Source: Marsupella aquatica
Taxonomy: Eukaryota > Plantae > Marchantiophyta
NCBI GenBank assembly: GCA_973895155.1
Contig: OZ316896.1
Coordinates: forward strand, 18,402,754 to 18,466,753
Length of the DNA: 64,000 nt
Direction of reading: 5' to 3'
Within the stretch, counting starts at the first letter, position 1. Each line of letters opens with the position of its first letter. The notes under the pieces are model-generated. The model searched no databases. It was not told the origin of the DNA and saw only the letters and a program-made list of their open reading frames with translations. The position numbers and the translations under genes are program-made. Positions 41,042 through 54,944 of this stretch are shown here, piece by piece.

Positions 41042-43961
41042 CATGAGGAGAGGGCAGAGGAAGACACCCGGATGGGCGGAAATCAAGATATAAGGAAGGC
41101 GCTTACCTGGGATGACATTTCACCAAACGAAACAGATGGAATTGTCGATCTCCGAAAATGTCAGAAGATTGAGATCGAACCCGGAAAATTTTTAAATATC
41201 AGTAATCATATTGAAGGAGAGTTAAGGGAAAAATATATTGATTTGCTTACTCAGTATAAGGATGTATTTGCCTGGAGCCATAAAGACTTAAAAGGGATAC
41301 CACCTCACTTAGGAGAGCACAGGATTGACTTAACTGAAGGAGCAGTTCCAGTAAGGCAAAGACAATATCGTTTGAACCCAAAATATTCTATGCTTGTCAA
41401 AGAGGAACTTGATAAGTTGACCGCTGCTGGTTTTATTTACCCAGTCCTTAGCAGTGAGTGGGTTTCACCCATTGTAATTGTTCCAAAGAAACCCGGACCA
41501 GATGGGAAGCCAAAAATCCGAGTATGTCAAGATTTCAGGAAGCTGAATGCTGCTACTAGAAAAGATCACTACCCCTTACCATTCATAGACCTTGTGTTGG
41601 ATATGGTTGCTCTTCATGAACTTTATAGTTTCCTAGATGGATACTCCGGCTACAACCAGGTGTCAATCCGTGAGGAGGACAGAGACAAAACCACCTTCAC
41701 TACGGATTGGGGAACGTATGCTTTTCGAGTTATGCCCTTTGGCCTGTGTAATGCACCTGGAACTTTCCAAAGGATTATGATGATTATTTTTCAGGATTTT
41801 CTCAGAAAATTCCTGGAAATCTTTATAGATGATTTTTGTGTTTATGGATCAGCCACCCAACACCTGGATCACTTAAGACAAACGTTCCAACGCTGTAGGG
41901 AATCACAGTTGTGTCTACATCCTGAGAAATGTTTCATTGGTATGAAGGAAGGTATTCTGTTAGGACATGTTATCTCCCAAAGAGGAATCGAAGTGGATGC
42001 AGAGAAAGTTCGAATTATTCTGGCATTACAACCCCCTGGAAATTTGAAGGCGTTGCGAGGCTTCCTAGGCTATGTGGGGTATTATAGAAGATTTATACGG
42101 AAGTATGCTGACCTTGCCATGCCTTTAACCCAGCTCCTTAAGAAGGACGTAGCATATGTATGGACTGCGTGCAAGGCAAACAGCCTTTGAAGTTTTAAAA
42201 ACCAAACTAACTGTTGCGCCCATTCTACAACCGCCGGATTGGCAGAAACCTTTTCATGTCTATATTGATGCCTCAGCTTTTTGTGTGGGCGCTGCCTTAA
42301 GTCAACTGGATGATGAGAAGAAAGACCACCCTATATATTATGCCAGTAGGCAAATGAATAGTGCTGAAAAGAATTATACGGTCACAGAGAGGGAGGCCTT
42401 AGCAGTCATTTTCTCTTGTAAAAAGTTCCGGCACTATCTTCTGGGTTATAAAACTATTTTCCACACGGATCATTCTTCTTTAAAATACCTAGTGAATCAG
42501 GCAGATTTAAGTGGGCGCATTGCTAGGTGGGTACTTCTTTTACAAGAATATGATTATGAGGTACAAGTTCGAGCCGGGAAACACCATGAGAATGCAGATT
42601 TCCTATCACGATTGCCTGGAGCTCCTAGTGCCGAACCTTTGTCTGATCAATTTCCGGACGAACAGCTATGGCATTTGGAAGGAGAAGAATCAAGGTACTT
42701 TGACATTGTTCAGATGCTTACTCACGGAATTTATCCACCAGGGTTGAATGCAGAAGAAAAAGCTGTTTTCCTCTACAAAGTAGGACCATATACTATTGTG
42801 AGGGGTGTTCTATTTAAATTATTGCCAAATCAGAGACTTCACCGTTGCTTGGAAGCTCAAGAAGTTCCAAAGGTCATTTCAGCCTTACACACTGAAGCCT
42901 CCGGTGGACACTATGCCGTAAATACAACTGTTAAGAAAATTAAGGACGCTGGATTTTGGTGGCCTACCATGCATAAGGACACTTATAACTACATTCAAAG
43001 CTGTGACCCTTGTCAGCGAATAGGGAAGCCTACTGCAACATCAAAATGGCCTCTAACACCCATTTTGCCTCTAGCTCCATTTGAGAAATGGGGGATAGAC
43101 TTTATTGGCCCCATTTCCCCTGCTGCTAGACGAAGTAGAAGCAGATATATCATTCTTGCTACGGACTACCTCACCAAATGGGTGGAGGCTAAGCATACTA
43201 GGAAGAATGACGCTGCCACAGCCGCCAATTTCTTATTTGAAAACATTATTACCCGGTATGGCTGTCCCTTGGAATTGGTAAGTGATCGAGGCCTGCACTT
43301 CCTTAATGAGACAATTGAGCTCATCACTGAGAAATATCTGATTAAGCATCGAAAGACCACCCCTTATAATCCCCGAGCTAACGGATTGACTGAAAGAGCT
43401 AATGGGTTAATGGGCAAAATATTGAATAAAATGGTGGAAGCACATAAAACGGATTGGGACATCAAACTCCACTCTGCTTTATGGGCTTACAGAACTGCAG
43501 AAAAGATTACTACCTTGAGAACGCCCTTCTACTTAACTTTTGGTATGCATAGTGTTACCCCCATTGAATTTGAACTACCTACTGAACGGCTTCTGATCTC
43601 TGAGAGGTTACCTGAACTTGATAGTTTCCACACTAGGTTGGAAGTTCTGGATGAATTAGAAGAACATAGACTTCTAGCGTTATAGCATACCATACAACAA
43701 CAGGATAAACGGAAGATGGCCTATGATAAGAGGTTAAAAATACCGACACTACAGCCAGGAGATTTGGCGCTTGTGTATGACTCTAGGTATATGTTCTTCC
43801 CTGGGAAGCTTCACACTCACTGGATCGGCCCTTACAGAGTTGTTACCGTATGGCCTAATGGGTCTTTAACTTTGGAAACCCTGAATGGAGAACCTCTTGA
43901 TACCAGAATCAATGGATCCAGAGTGAAGAAATATTATATACCCCACTCTAATGGCTTGTGA
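41042..43961 (+). pseudogene. Family A pol, copy 3, frameshift (~42169) plus nonsense TAG (43683-43685)
   Basis: Same GT-for-A frameshift as copy 2 and a private CAG>TAG in the integrase C-terminal region. Confidence 0.92.
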
Positions 43962-43990
43962 GGGCACGGCGCCGTTTGAGGAGAGGGCTA

Positions 43991-46900
43991 TGTAGATAGG
44001 CAGTAATTCCAAAGTCATGAAGAAAACCGGAAAATTTTTAAATTTTTGAAGTAGTTAAACTATATTTGCTGATAACTCGAGTAAACTAAACTCTGCCGAA
44101 GATTAAGAGTTTAAGAGTTGAAGAGTTGAAGTGTTTAAGAGTTTACGGGTTTACGAGTAAACCCTACTTTAATAGTTGAAGAGTTGAAGAGTTGAAGTGT
44201 TTAATAGTTTAAGAGTTTAAGGGTTTACGAGTAAACCCTACTTTAAGACTTTACGACTTTAAGAGTTGCGACTTGCGAACTGGCGAGCCCCGCGATTGTG
44301 ACAGGCTACGGCTAACTCCAACGGGACTTTGCAACAAAACGAGGAGCAGGCCTTGAAGGGGGAGGAATCCAGAACATAGGCGCTCACTCCTGACTTCTCT
44401 TCCGCTGCATTTTTCATCGCTCTCGACTCCAAACAATTCTTCGCGCAGCTCAGTGAGCAGAATTTGAGCTATGGCTGACTTGGACGCTGATGCACAGTAT
44501 CGTGTTCAAACTCTGGCAATTCCTAAGAGTGTGGTCGCTCGAATTCCTTTGGCGCCCGACAGTTGTGAAAATTTGAGAACATCGTTACAGCAGCTCGGAT
44601 TGGAACATCTACTCGCAATCCCTTGGAATGTGGAGCTCGACTCTTATTTATAGGATTTTGTGAGAGGATCACTGATTGCCCCTGAATTTCGACAAACCAT
44701 TCGAGCTCGGCCAAGTTTATGGACAGTTGAGCAAGTAGCTCATGCCTTCCGCTGCCCCTTAGATGGAGAAGGATTATATTCAAAGAAAAAAGATTTGTCC
44801 ACTCCTTACTTTTCAGGGATTCGCCATCCTACCAATGGCTGGAATGTGACACAATGTACCTATCCGGATTTGAGGATTCTTTTAGAATTTCTAGTGCCCA
44901 TTCTCCATCCGAAGAGACCAACTATCTGCCCTGTGGCATTGGCGAATACTATCGTAGCTTCTCACAGTGGAGCTATCCAAGTAAATTGGGCGTTGTTACT
45001 TTTCAATGTGATGCACGATCAGGTGAGAAGTATGAAGGCAGGCAGACCTACTTGTCTACAAGTCTATCTATCTCAGCTGTATCAAGCACATGACTGTTTA
45101 CATCCAGAGGAGAAAACAGAAAGGGGATTACTTCTGATCGAGTTGGACATTGAGAAAGAAATTAGTGTAGCAGAATCAGAACAGGACATTCTGCTGAATT
45201 CCACTGATCAGGATGTTAATATGGACATCGATGTTAATATGGAGGATGTCTCGATAGGTGGTTCGGAATTTCCCCCTGAACACAACATGGAGGTCATTTT
45301 ATACTCTCCAAGAGAAATCAGTGGAGCAGATCAACTTGAAGCTGAAGGAGACGAGATTTTTCCTGAGCAACAAGAAGTCGTTGTTGAACCAACTATTACT
45401 GCCATACGAGGAGTCACCATGCCCCCTTTTTCGAAAGCAGAGTCAAATCAGCAGCTTATTGATAAGTTAATCTCTCTCTTCGGTTGCAGTGATGTTGAAC
45501 TCTACGATGTTGTCTGTGATTTGAGATCCGAGGCAGTTAGCTTATCCTCTCCATTTCCAGATCAGCTAACCCCTGTCAGGATCGCTTCTCCCATTGAGAG
45601 GTCAGCACCAGAAGAATTTGTTGCTCTCACTCCTACTGTCCCACAGAATCTACCTCCAGAGCCAAGTGAACCTGTCTCAAGGATAGGAAACACAAGTTGT
45701 GTTGCAATTGTAACTGACCTACTGGAATTGCTTCAGTGTGAACCTGAGGAGATAATCTCTGTGGTTAGTGACTTAATTCCGAAGTACACAGAATTCAAAG
45801 GCCCTTCCAACCCGGGTGACTGCATTTATAGTCCAGATTCCAATTATGAACCAACCGAGGGACCTATTTATACCCAACCACAGTATGAACATCCTTCTGT
45901 TAGACAGGATCTTCCTGAGGATTCTGATCCACCCTCTGATTTTGATTCCATCCGATCTTATGACAACTCTGTCGAGTCGTCACCAAGGCAAGGATTTGAG
46001 GATGTTGACACTACCTTAAGATCTGATCCAAATTTAGTGGCAGTTGTCACCTCCTCTACTCAAACACCCCGGTATTCTGTCATTGAGAAAAGATATACAC
46101 GACATCCAGAGTCTCAAGTGCAGAGGTACGTGGAGACTTGTAAGATAATGCAGGCCAACAGACCCCCAATTGGAGAGTTTTGGAGATACTACTACCTTAA
46201 GAAGACTGAGGCCAGTTACATATTTGACCTCAGAAGTTTCGGAACTTCAAGAGTGGAGATGGCTCAATTTGATGAGTTCTGGACTGACTCAATCTACTTC
46301 CGACCCATCCTTGCTATGATGCTACTTCAAGGGGATGTAGAAGTAGAAGATCCAGATTTGGTTTTGGCCTATTTCGGGAATTTTGCAGCTTACGCTCTGG
46401 ACTTTGTGATTTCTTTTCTCATGCAGAGTAAGAAATCCACTTCTCACCAGAACTCTTACATTCCACGAGAGCCGAAGGTTGTCCTTGTTTCCACCAGTTC
46501 CCTAGCTGAGAAACAGAGGATCTGGAATAATGTCACTACTCAGACCCTGGCTCATTTCAACCGATATTTTAAAGATGTCAGATGGAGACTTCGACCCTTC
46601 TATTCCAGGATGATGAATAGTGATGAGTTTCTGCATCACTATCCCCAAGTATATGCTGCCACCTGCAACAACTATGATGTACTAGGGATATACAGAGAAG
46701 CTCTTCGTATAGATTCCTGTTATTTGATGAAGCGAATGCCTTTGATGTATCCTGAGAGACAACTAAGGTGCCTACCCTACTCTCGAGGATCACCACGTCA
46801 AACTGAGCTGATGGAGGTAACACAGAATCGGACTGTCACCTACGTGGAGCTGCTCGAACCCGATGATATTCGACAACAAGCTTGAAGGAGACTATCTTTT

Positions 46901-48067
46901 TAGCTAGTATTGAAAAGTATAGTACTTTTACCAATTTTTCTAAATGTGTTGTAGAGCTTTAAAAGCTATGAGACTTCTTTAGGCTGTAGTCTGTACCTAG
47001 GAAACCCTACTGGAAAAATTTCAGAGTTTTCCGAACCAGGAGTAGAAAGTTAAAAATAGTTGAATCTACTCAATTTTTAGTATACTGAAATTAAGAGTTT
47101 AAGAGTTTAAGTTTTTACGTTTTTAAGAGTTTAAGTTTTTAAGAGTTTAAGAGTTCATACTTAGCCATTTTTTCCGGCTTTCCACTTATTGAATCGTCGT
47201 TTTGACTTTTTGAGGGTTATGAAGAGGCATGTCTCTTCGACCCTGTGACCTCTTATTCTGTAGTTCATCACTATTTATACCTCTTCCCCTAGTGTAGAGA
47301 GATGGTTAAGTTTTGCAGTTTTGCCTCTCCCTTGTGTTAAACTAGTTGATCATGAATCTATGAGTTCGAGATCAGGTTTAACATTTGGAGAGACTTACCT
47401 CCTTCTTGTATTTTGGAACCCAAATACTTGAAGTAAAACCTCAGTTATGAATCTCGTGAATTATAATGTCAGATTCCGCTTTGGTGACACATTGTAATCT
47501 CACAAGTTCTTAGAGTTAACTCATTGAGTTTAAGTTGCATTGGAAATGATGTTTTCACCTTCATGTTGCTTAGTACCATCTAAATGCTGAAGTATTTATC
47601 CTTTTAGATCTTGACTAAATATCACTTAGGAAGAAAGGTCAAGACATGTTGCCGGCATTTTAAAAGGATACTCTAGTATGCAGTTTAGATCTGAAAAGCC
47701 GTGTGGATTTGGATTCCCTTTAAAGTCATTCCATTATTACTTATGTCTAAGGAGTAACCTTGGTCTATTCCAGACTCCCTTAAGCATACTCTGAGAGATT
47801 TTTCCTTGTGTTTTGTTAATTGCAATCTTTTGCTTAATTGAAGGTTATCTGATGTTGAGTTATCATCAAAAACTACTCACCGCTGTGGAGCGATCTTCAA
47901 AGTACCTGATTAAAGTAGTCAAGATTCATTACTATGTGTGACACAAGAGCTTAAAGCTTTGTTTTTAGTTTATTACATCAAACCAACCCCATCTTGTTCT
48001 TAAAGGGAACGAATACCGAGTTTGGAGACTTTAAAATGTGATTTTTGGTTCTCTATGGCAAACTACA
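43991..48067 (+). repeat. Family A LTR 3 (terminal 3' LTR of the array)
   Basis: Ends AACTACA and is followed by non-element sequence GATGTTGCGC instead of a PBS. Confidence 0.7.
44471..46885 (+). pseudogene. Family A accessory ORF3, copy 3, nonsense TAG at 44651-44653
   Basis: CAG>TAG at codon 61, the same lesion as copy 1. Confidence 0.88.
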
Positions 48068-51000
48068 GATGTTGCGCATGTTTCTAGAAAGGGCACTCTT
48101 CGAGATTTTGGCGTGTTTGGTAGTTCAAATATTTTCAATGATCTTCCATTAAAAGATTTTACACTACGTTCCAACTGGATGGCGGAGGAGGTTGATTTGT
48201 ATGACGCTTCTCGTTGTCGAAAGGTTGCAACAGGTGTTATCACGGTCCCATTTGAAACAGGTGCCGTTGACGATGAACTTCTTGGTGCAGATCATGTTGG
48301 TGTTGCTGTTGTGAATATCAATGAACCCGAATTATTTCCAAATATCCGTGTTGGTACCCCTGGCTTGGTGAGGTGGGAAATCAAATCCCTTCTATTGATT
48401 TCGTCTCAAAGGTTTCTTGGGGATATCCTTGAGGAAGTTTCAGAGAAGTGGATGGAGTCGGGTCGAACTAAGGGCAATCCGGATTTGGATGGTGATGGTA
48501 ACCTACAAAAAGACCATACAATTTCATTAGGAGGACAAAAGTTGATCTTGAGGAGAGGAAGAAAAGGCATTTGGAGTCGAGGGCACTTTTGAAAATTAAC
48601 GAGGAGTCCATTGATTCCATCCAAAGAGAAGGTTGTTGCAAGCTGAAGTGTTGCTTGAACATGCCCAGGGAGGACTTAGAGGCAATGAGGAGGGAATACC
48701 ATGGAATGTCAAGTGACAACAAAACAAGTCACATCTTTAGTCTCTTTGGGTGTAGAGAGGAGCAAGTCAAGAGAAAGGGATTTTTTGTTCTAAAGGGACG
48801 TGTGGTTTGTAAAGATGCATTTATTAAAATGCATGGGTTCAGTACAACAAAGTACTATGACTACAAAAATCAATACGAAACTGGTTGCACAATTGGTTTC
48901 CATGGAAATCAGGGACAACGGAAGACACGATCAAGCACTTTGCACGCTCGCGCCTTGTTGGAGTCCATTTTAATCCAAAATGGGGAACCAATGCCACATC
49001 TTCCCTATGGTGGGTCCAACGGCACTAACACTATTGAATATCGGCTCCCATCTTGTTTTACTAAGAAGGAGATTTTCCAAGAGGTGTTTACCAAGATGGA
49101 ATTAGATGGGTTTGCTAAGGTTACTGAAGTTACTATGTACAACATCTGGAAAAACTCATTTGATAATTTTGACTTTCACAAGGGAAGTGCATTTGCCAAG
49201 TGCACATTTTGCACTGAGTTCAAAGATCAATTGATGCGGGAGAAGAGAAAAAAAGAGCGTGCAGAGATTGAAGAGAAAAGAGCGCGACATCTTCGTGAAC
49301 AAATGTCAAGAAGATATGTTTACTATGCTCATAGGGTTCTTGCAAAGAAGGATCCTCAAAACTATCTTTGCATTATTCACGATAAGATGGATCAAGCCAA
49401 GACTTGGATCCCCAGGTTGGTCCCCACTCCAAAATCCCTCTCTGGCAGTGGTCAGCCTTTGCCTATTGCTCTTACTGGGATGTTAACCCATGGAAGAGAT
49501 CCTGGAGTGTATGCACATTTCAGTTTGACTGGACTTTGGCCTGGAGATGCAGACTTTACCGTGACATCTTTGGCCAAATGCCTCCGAGATTTGGAAGATT
49601 ACACAGGAGACAAAACTGGAGACCTTCTTGAGGGATTGAATTGGAATGCAACTAGGCCAATATTTCAGTCCCTTCTAGACTTTGAAGCATTTCTGGCCGG
49701 TTACTTGGAACCCAAAAATGTTTCAATTGTTCGATTTCAAGGCATTGAAGATGGTCAGGAGACTAAAAAGTCAAGCACAGTGGATGTTGGTTCTAAGGAT
49801 GATCCTGAGACTACTAGGGGCTCTTTCAAGCCCTTACCAAGGCACCTAACATTGCAGATGGACAATTCAGGGAAAGATAACAAAAATCAATATGTGATGG
49901 CATTTTGCACTGAGCTTGTTAGCAGGGGGTGTTTGAAACTGTGCAAATGTCATTCCTCATGGTTGGCCACACCCATGAAGACGTGGATGCATTATTTTCT
50001 CAAGTATCCAAACAGGTCAGATACAAAGAGGTTGCTACCCTCTTGGGGTTGATGGCTGAGGTTTGGGAGTGTGAAAGCATTCATCCTGTACCACGATTGA
50101 TTCAAGAGGTTGCATCTTACAGGAGTATTTGAAAACTTTCCAGGTGAAAGAGATAGAAGGTCACTCAAAACCAGTGGCATTTCTTTTCTCCATGAGGGAT
50201 AATGTGTCAATGTATCAATATAAAGCACATGTCAAGCAACCTTGGCTTCCGACAATGGGGAGGTCCATTTGGAGAACTGATCCCATCACAAATGCGCTCA
50301 TTTTACCGGAAGGCCAACCATTTGCAAAACCTATATCTGGGGATGTACAAAAGAAGGCTGGAGAAATCATCCCATTCCTTAATCGCTATATTGATTTCTT
50401 GAAGAAAAGTTGTAAGGATGAGACCTCTGCAGCATATAAAGAGAGATTTCCTCTGGTCAAATATTGGGAGAATCTTGTGCAAGCACTGTCCGAGGAACTT
50501 ACAATAGAAGGGGAGGGGGAAAGACATTTGCCATTGACAACTGATTTTTGGCCAAAGACTAACCATGGCACAGGTTACAAGATGATTTTGGGGACATCTC
50601 AGCCGTCAAGTGAACCTTCTCAAAATCCAGAGATGATGGACCTTCAAAATGAGTACATGGAAGAGATGGAAGATCAAGCTGCACCCTTTGTTGGTGCACG
50701 ACAAGAGCGAGAACCTGCACGTTGGATTCCTCTACAAGATATTCAAGAAGGTCACTTTGTATTTTTACGTCCAGAGGATGAATGGGAACAGGAAAATGTC
50801 AAAGGGCGTTTCTGGTTGGTTCAAGCTTTGGGTGGTGTGGATCCAAACCATGAGGTTCCCTCAACAGATTTGCAACATATTGAAGGGTCTTCTTCAACGT
50901 CTGTTGAGAGCATTCCTCTTAGGAATGCTCCTATGTTCCAAGTACAATGGTGGAGGCCTAAACATGGTAAGCATGATGCAAAGGATGATGTTCGATATGA

Positions 51001-51202
51001 ACGTTGCTTTCAAACCACTAAGACTTGGGAGCTGGATCCTGGGTTTGACAATGTTACTCAAAGTTGGCAGTTTGCAAATTCTGCAATGTATGGGTTTAAG
51101 TCAGGTGCTAAAGAACAAAATATTATGGATAGAGGTTTGACAATTCCTAAGAATGTTTTGAAAACTCTCAAAATTTACATGGAAGGTATAATTGATGAGT
51201 AG
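48068..51202 (+). pseudogene. Frameshifted DNA-transposon transposase-like gene (Sola-like DDD core), 5' part cut off by the retrotransposon array
   Basis: Motifs CxxC (CTFC), CIIHDKMDQ, LQMDNSGKDNKN and SFLMVGHTHEDVDALFS across frames, with shifts near ~48500-48570, ~49925 and ~50125. The N-terminal segment (VATGVI...LGADHVGVAV...RW) resembles En/Spm Tnp1-type beta-barrel domains. Superfamily assigned from motif recall only. Confidence 0.7.
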
Positions 51203-53966
51203 ATTGATAGAACTCGTAGGTTACAAGTCTCCACTCAAATGACTTGTGATTAAGAGGGTCGATTTGATTTCCATGCGTTGGTCTAAAGTGAGAGAACAAG
51301 ACAATCAAATTAATACTCTATGATCTCTCAAAGCTATTGAATGGAATTTCTTATAATTATTATTTATTTGTCTTAGTATATTTTAATTCTAGAAAATGAT
51401 GCCATTTCATTCCTTCTAGTAGGTTGGATATCATCCTAGTTAACTTTGTCTAGACACTATAGTCATTCCATTGTATTGGTGCTTAGTTAGATATCTTACT
51501 CAAGCTAAATGTTTTGAATATAGATGCTATCCAAGCTTATATGTTATTACTAGATTCTATCTATTTTCCAACCAAATGAACACTTTTATCACCCAAATGT
51601 TTTTTAATATCATCCAATTTAATATTTTACTTTCCCAAAATTTCATTTTTTTGTCCCCAAATTTACATTTAATGATGCTTGAATTTTCATTTTTCATCTT
51701 CCAAATTTACAATATTCATGCCTAAAACTATGTTTTTAAATCGCCAAATTTCCCTATATCCTTTATAATTTCAGTTTTAATGAATATAGTGATAATTGTC
51801 TTAACAAAACCTGTAACAAAACCCTCACCGTCTCGCTCATTGTTCCGTTTGACTTGATCTTTGGCTGATTGTATGCACTACATCCTATCAAATTGACATA
51901 CTAAATACACACACCTTATGTATGTTATTGACAAAACCCTGACTTCCAAACTGAGTGCCCCTTCTACGGAGTGGTTCTTCTACAGAGTGCCCCTCTACGG
52001 AGTGGGGAACGGAAAGATAGCAAAAACCATGTGAGGACCACACAAAGGGTGAAGGGGAACACAAGTGTGGGAACCCCTTCCTTCTAAGGGTCTTCCCACC
52101 ATCACTACTCCAAGATTGCCTAGTTTGCCGTTTTACAAGCGTTGAGGTCCCTCAAGATGTCACTGTTTGATATAAACCTAAAATCAACTAGATAACCTCA
52201 GTTTCGCATGGGGCTCATTGAGGGCTTCAAAATGAATTCAAACATGACCATGTTTGGAATAGTCCTAGCGCAACAACGTCTATTTTAAGTTTCAACGTTT
52301 TCTATATTTTGGTCATTCTTCCCGTTTTACGCCTTACGTGGAGCCTCCGACCAGCCCCCACCCCTCCAAGATGCCCACACCTTGGCTCCAAGTCCTTGGG
52401 CTGCCTTGTGGCCTCCTTGTACCCCCTCAATGGTTCCCTTGTCATCCATCACCGCCCGGCACCCCTCTCAACTCCGGCCTCCGGTTGTCGCATCCATTTA
52501 TTAGAACTAACAAAAATAAAAAATTTGAAAATCCAAACACTTTTACTACACCTACTTGTCTTTTTACTTATATACGTAATTATAAGTCATCACTAAGTTA
52601 CTACCGGGTTTGGGGCCTTGTCACAGAAGAAGAGTGAAAAGTAAATTGTTTCCAATTGATATCCAATTGTTGCATAATGGATACTACCAAGCTAGTTTGC
52701 TTCATAGCTGTAATTATTGCAGCAAAGCATTTCTCATTGTTAGTGAAACCCATTATTAATCTGACTTTTTGTTACTTGGCAGCATTTCAGATAGCATTTC
52801 TATTGGAATCAATATAAATTTTTTAAATAGTGTGAAAGAGAATATCAAATTAGCTAGAAATTTTAATCAGAAATATTCAATACCGGTAAAATTGAAACAA
52901 AAGCCCGGTGGACTGCTACATTATCCCCATCTATCTCCATGGACTGTGACAGGGGACAGACTATTTTACACCTAATTATGAGATAACTCAACTATAAATG
53001 GATGGTAAACTCTCTCATTAATTGTTTATCTACATTTCTGTCCCTCTAAGAACATTTTGTGCTCACCTCAAAGTCAAATTGAGAATGTCAATGAAATAGA
53101 ATGAAAACACACATTTAAAATTTTCCGCATCTCCGCCGCGGCATAGTACTCGAAGCGCTCCTTGTAACAAGAGCAACGCTCTCTAAAAAATAGGATTCAT
53201 TAACAATACTCCCCCAAAAAATCTCAAGTAGCACTATAGCAATAAATTAGTCAAAACATTACTTACAACAAGAACATTGGTCTGTCAAAAATAGTATCCA
53301 GCAATTAAAATTTCCTTTACCTCCACAATGAAAAACTTTCTTCAATCACGATAACAAGAGCAATGTTATATTAAATACAAGATTATGTAATAACATTTCT
53401 GAAAGTAGTATAGTCATTCGGCAAAGTGTCAATGCCCTACAATCTTTAAAAAATGTGTAGAAAAATATGAATCCATTGTCAAAATTGAGGTTATTTTGGC
53501 ATTAGATTTTCCCCATAGCCTCCTTGGTGAGAATTGTTCCTTTGGTTAATGATTCACTGTCAGTGTTACTTGCTTCCCTTTTAATGGGGCTTATAAACAT
53601 TAAAAAATATTTTTGAGTAAATTAAGTTCATTTGGTATTTTATCATTGAGAAAATTACTTGAGGTAGTATGAGTAAAATGTGAAGCACTCATACTCAAAG
53701 TTTCATATACCATGGAGGCCAAATCAAGTATTTATATAAGGACCTAAATATACTTTATATTTTTATTGAACTCTATTCGGGGAATGGAGCGCAGCCTTCA
53801 ATTAAAGTGCTGTGGCCTCTGACAAAATATCTTTAAGACATAAGTGAGGACAGAGTTAGTGAATGGGAAAATCTTTGGACAGAAGTGATGCTTTGGTCAT
53901 TGACACCGTTTTATGTGGACAGAAAAATAAACAATAGTATCCATGCAAATTTGTATATTTTAATCC

Positions 53967-54075
53967 CAGTCCATCTAAGTTTCATTTATCCATGGGGGCT
54001 TTCATGGACTCCATTTTATATGTTTTAGTCCAGTCCATCCAAGTTTCATTTATCCATGGGGGCTTCATGGACAAC
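53967..54075. repeat. Two-copy ~60-bp tandem repeat
   Basis: CAGTCCATC(T/C)AAGTTTCATTTATCCATGGGGGCT(T)TCATGGAC twice. Confidence 0.75.
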
Positions 54076-54944
54076 CTGCCAGTCCATCCCGGCTTTGGAT
54101 GGAGTTCCATCCAGGCTTTAAGTTATGTAAAATCAGACTTTGGATTATTGTTTTACATTACAAGAAAAAAAAATTGTGCGAAACCTCGAGCCCTGCACTT
54201 GAGGGGATCGAACGCTTTAAGTTTTTACATTTTGTAATTTGTTAATCTCTACAGAAGGTTGAACACCGCCACACCGGCTAATTCGCCAACTTACAGTAGC
54301 TTGGATCCTCTACTCAGGTAGAAGTCGATAGCAATGAGACAACTAAACAAAGAGTTTGATCTATAACTTTGCCTCAGTCGGTCTCTTGTCTTGCTCTTCT
54401 CTGAGACAGTTTAATTTGCTCGAAACGTTTGAGAATACGTCGGAATTGTCAATCGATCTCGTGTGCGAAGCTCGTTCAGAAAATGACAGCTCGTTTCCTG
54501 AAAATGTAAACCCAAAGCCAGAGCTCGATCGCACAAACAACTATAAAGGTGAAATTCAATCTGAAGGCCGCCGTCTTGAGTTGTCGGTCCCAAATCTTCC
54601 CAGCCAACTTGATCATGTGCTTAGTAAACACGATTCATGAGCCCTATAAAGAACTCTTTGTCTCTTTACACATGGAAATGAATCTTCTCATTTCAAGTCA
54701 ACGACTGTAGTGCTTTGATTTGCCTTTCACTTTTTCCGAAGTGATTGACCAAATATGCAACTAATTCTTGCCTCAAATTCGGTTCCTCAGGAGAGTATGT
54801 ATTATTAGTGTCGAACCTTCTTCATTCAATAAGCTCAGAACAGCATCCTGAGCACTTGTCTGTGCTAAGTCAGGATTGAGCAAGGAGGCCGAAGCTAGAC
54901 CGAACATACTTAAAATTCAATTCTCAAATTTGGATTGAAGACAG

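Larger units (their letters stand above)
2843..48067 (+). mobile_element. Tandem array of three Ty3/gypsy (Athila-like, non-chromovirus) LTR retrotransposon units, family A; 5'-truncated, shared LTRs, period 12,175 bp
   Basis: Homologous ORFs recur at +12,175 (25669/37844; 24035/36210). Domain order is gag-PR-RT-RH-INT, with a tRNA-Asp-type PBS after each internal LTR. The array ends ...AACTACA at 48067 and no chromodomain is evident. Confidence 0.93.

Noticed and set aside
48038-48067. LTR-initiated fusion ORF into the transposase
   Set aside because: A chance in-frame junction; the downstream gene is frameshifted.
54195-54230. tRNA or SINE-like B-box (GTTCGATCCCC on the minus strand)
   Set aside because: No cloverleaf or convincing A-box could be built.
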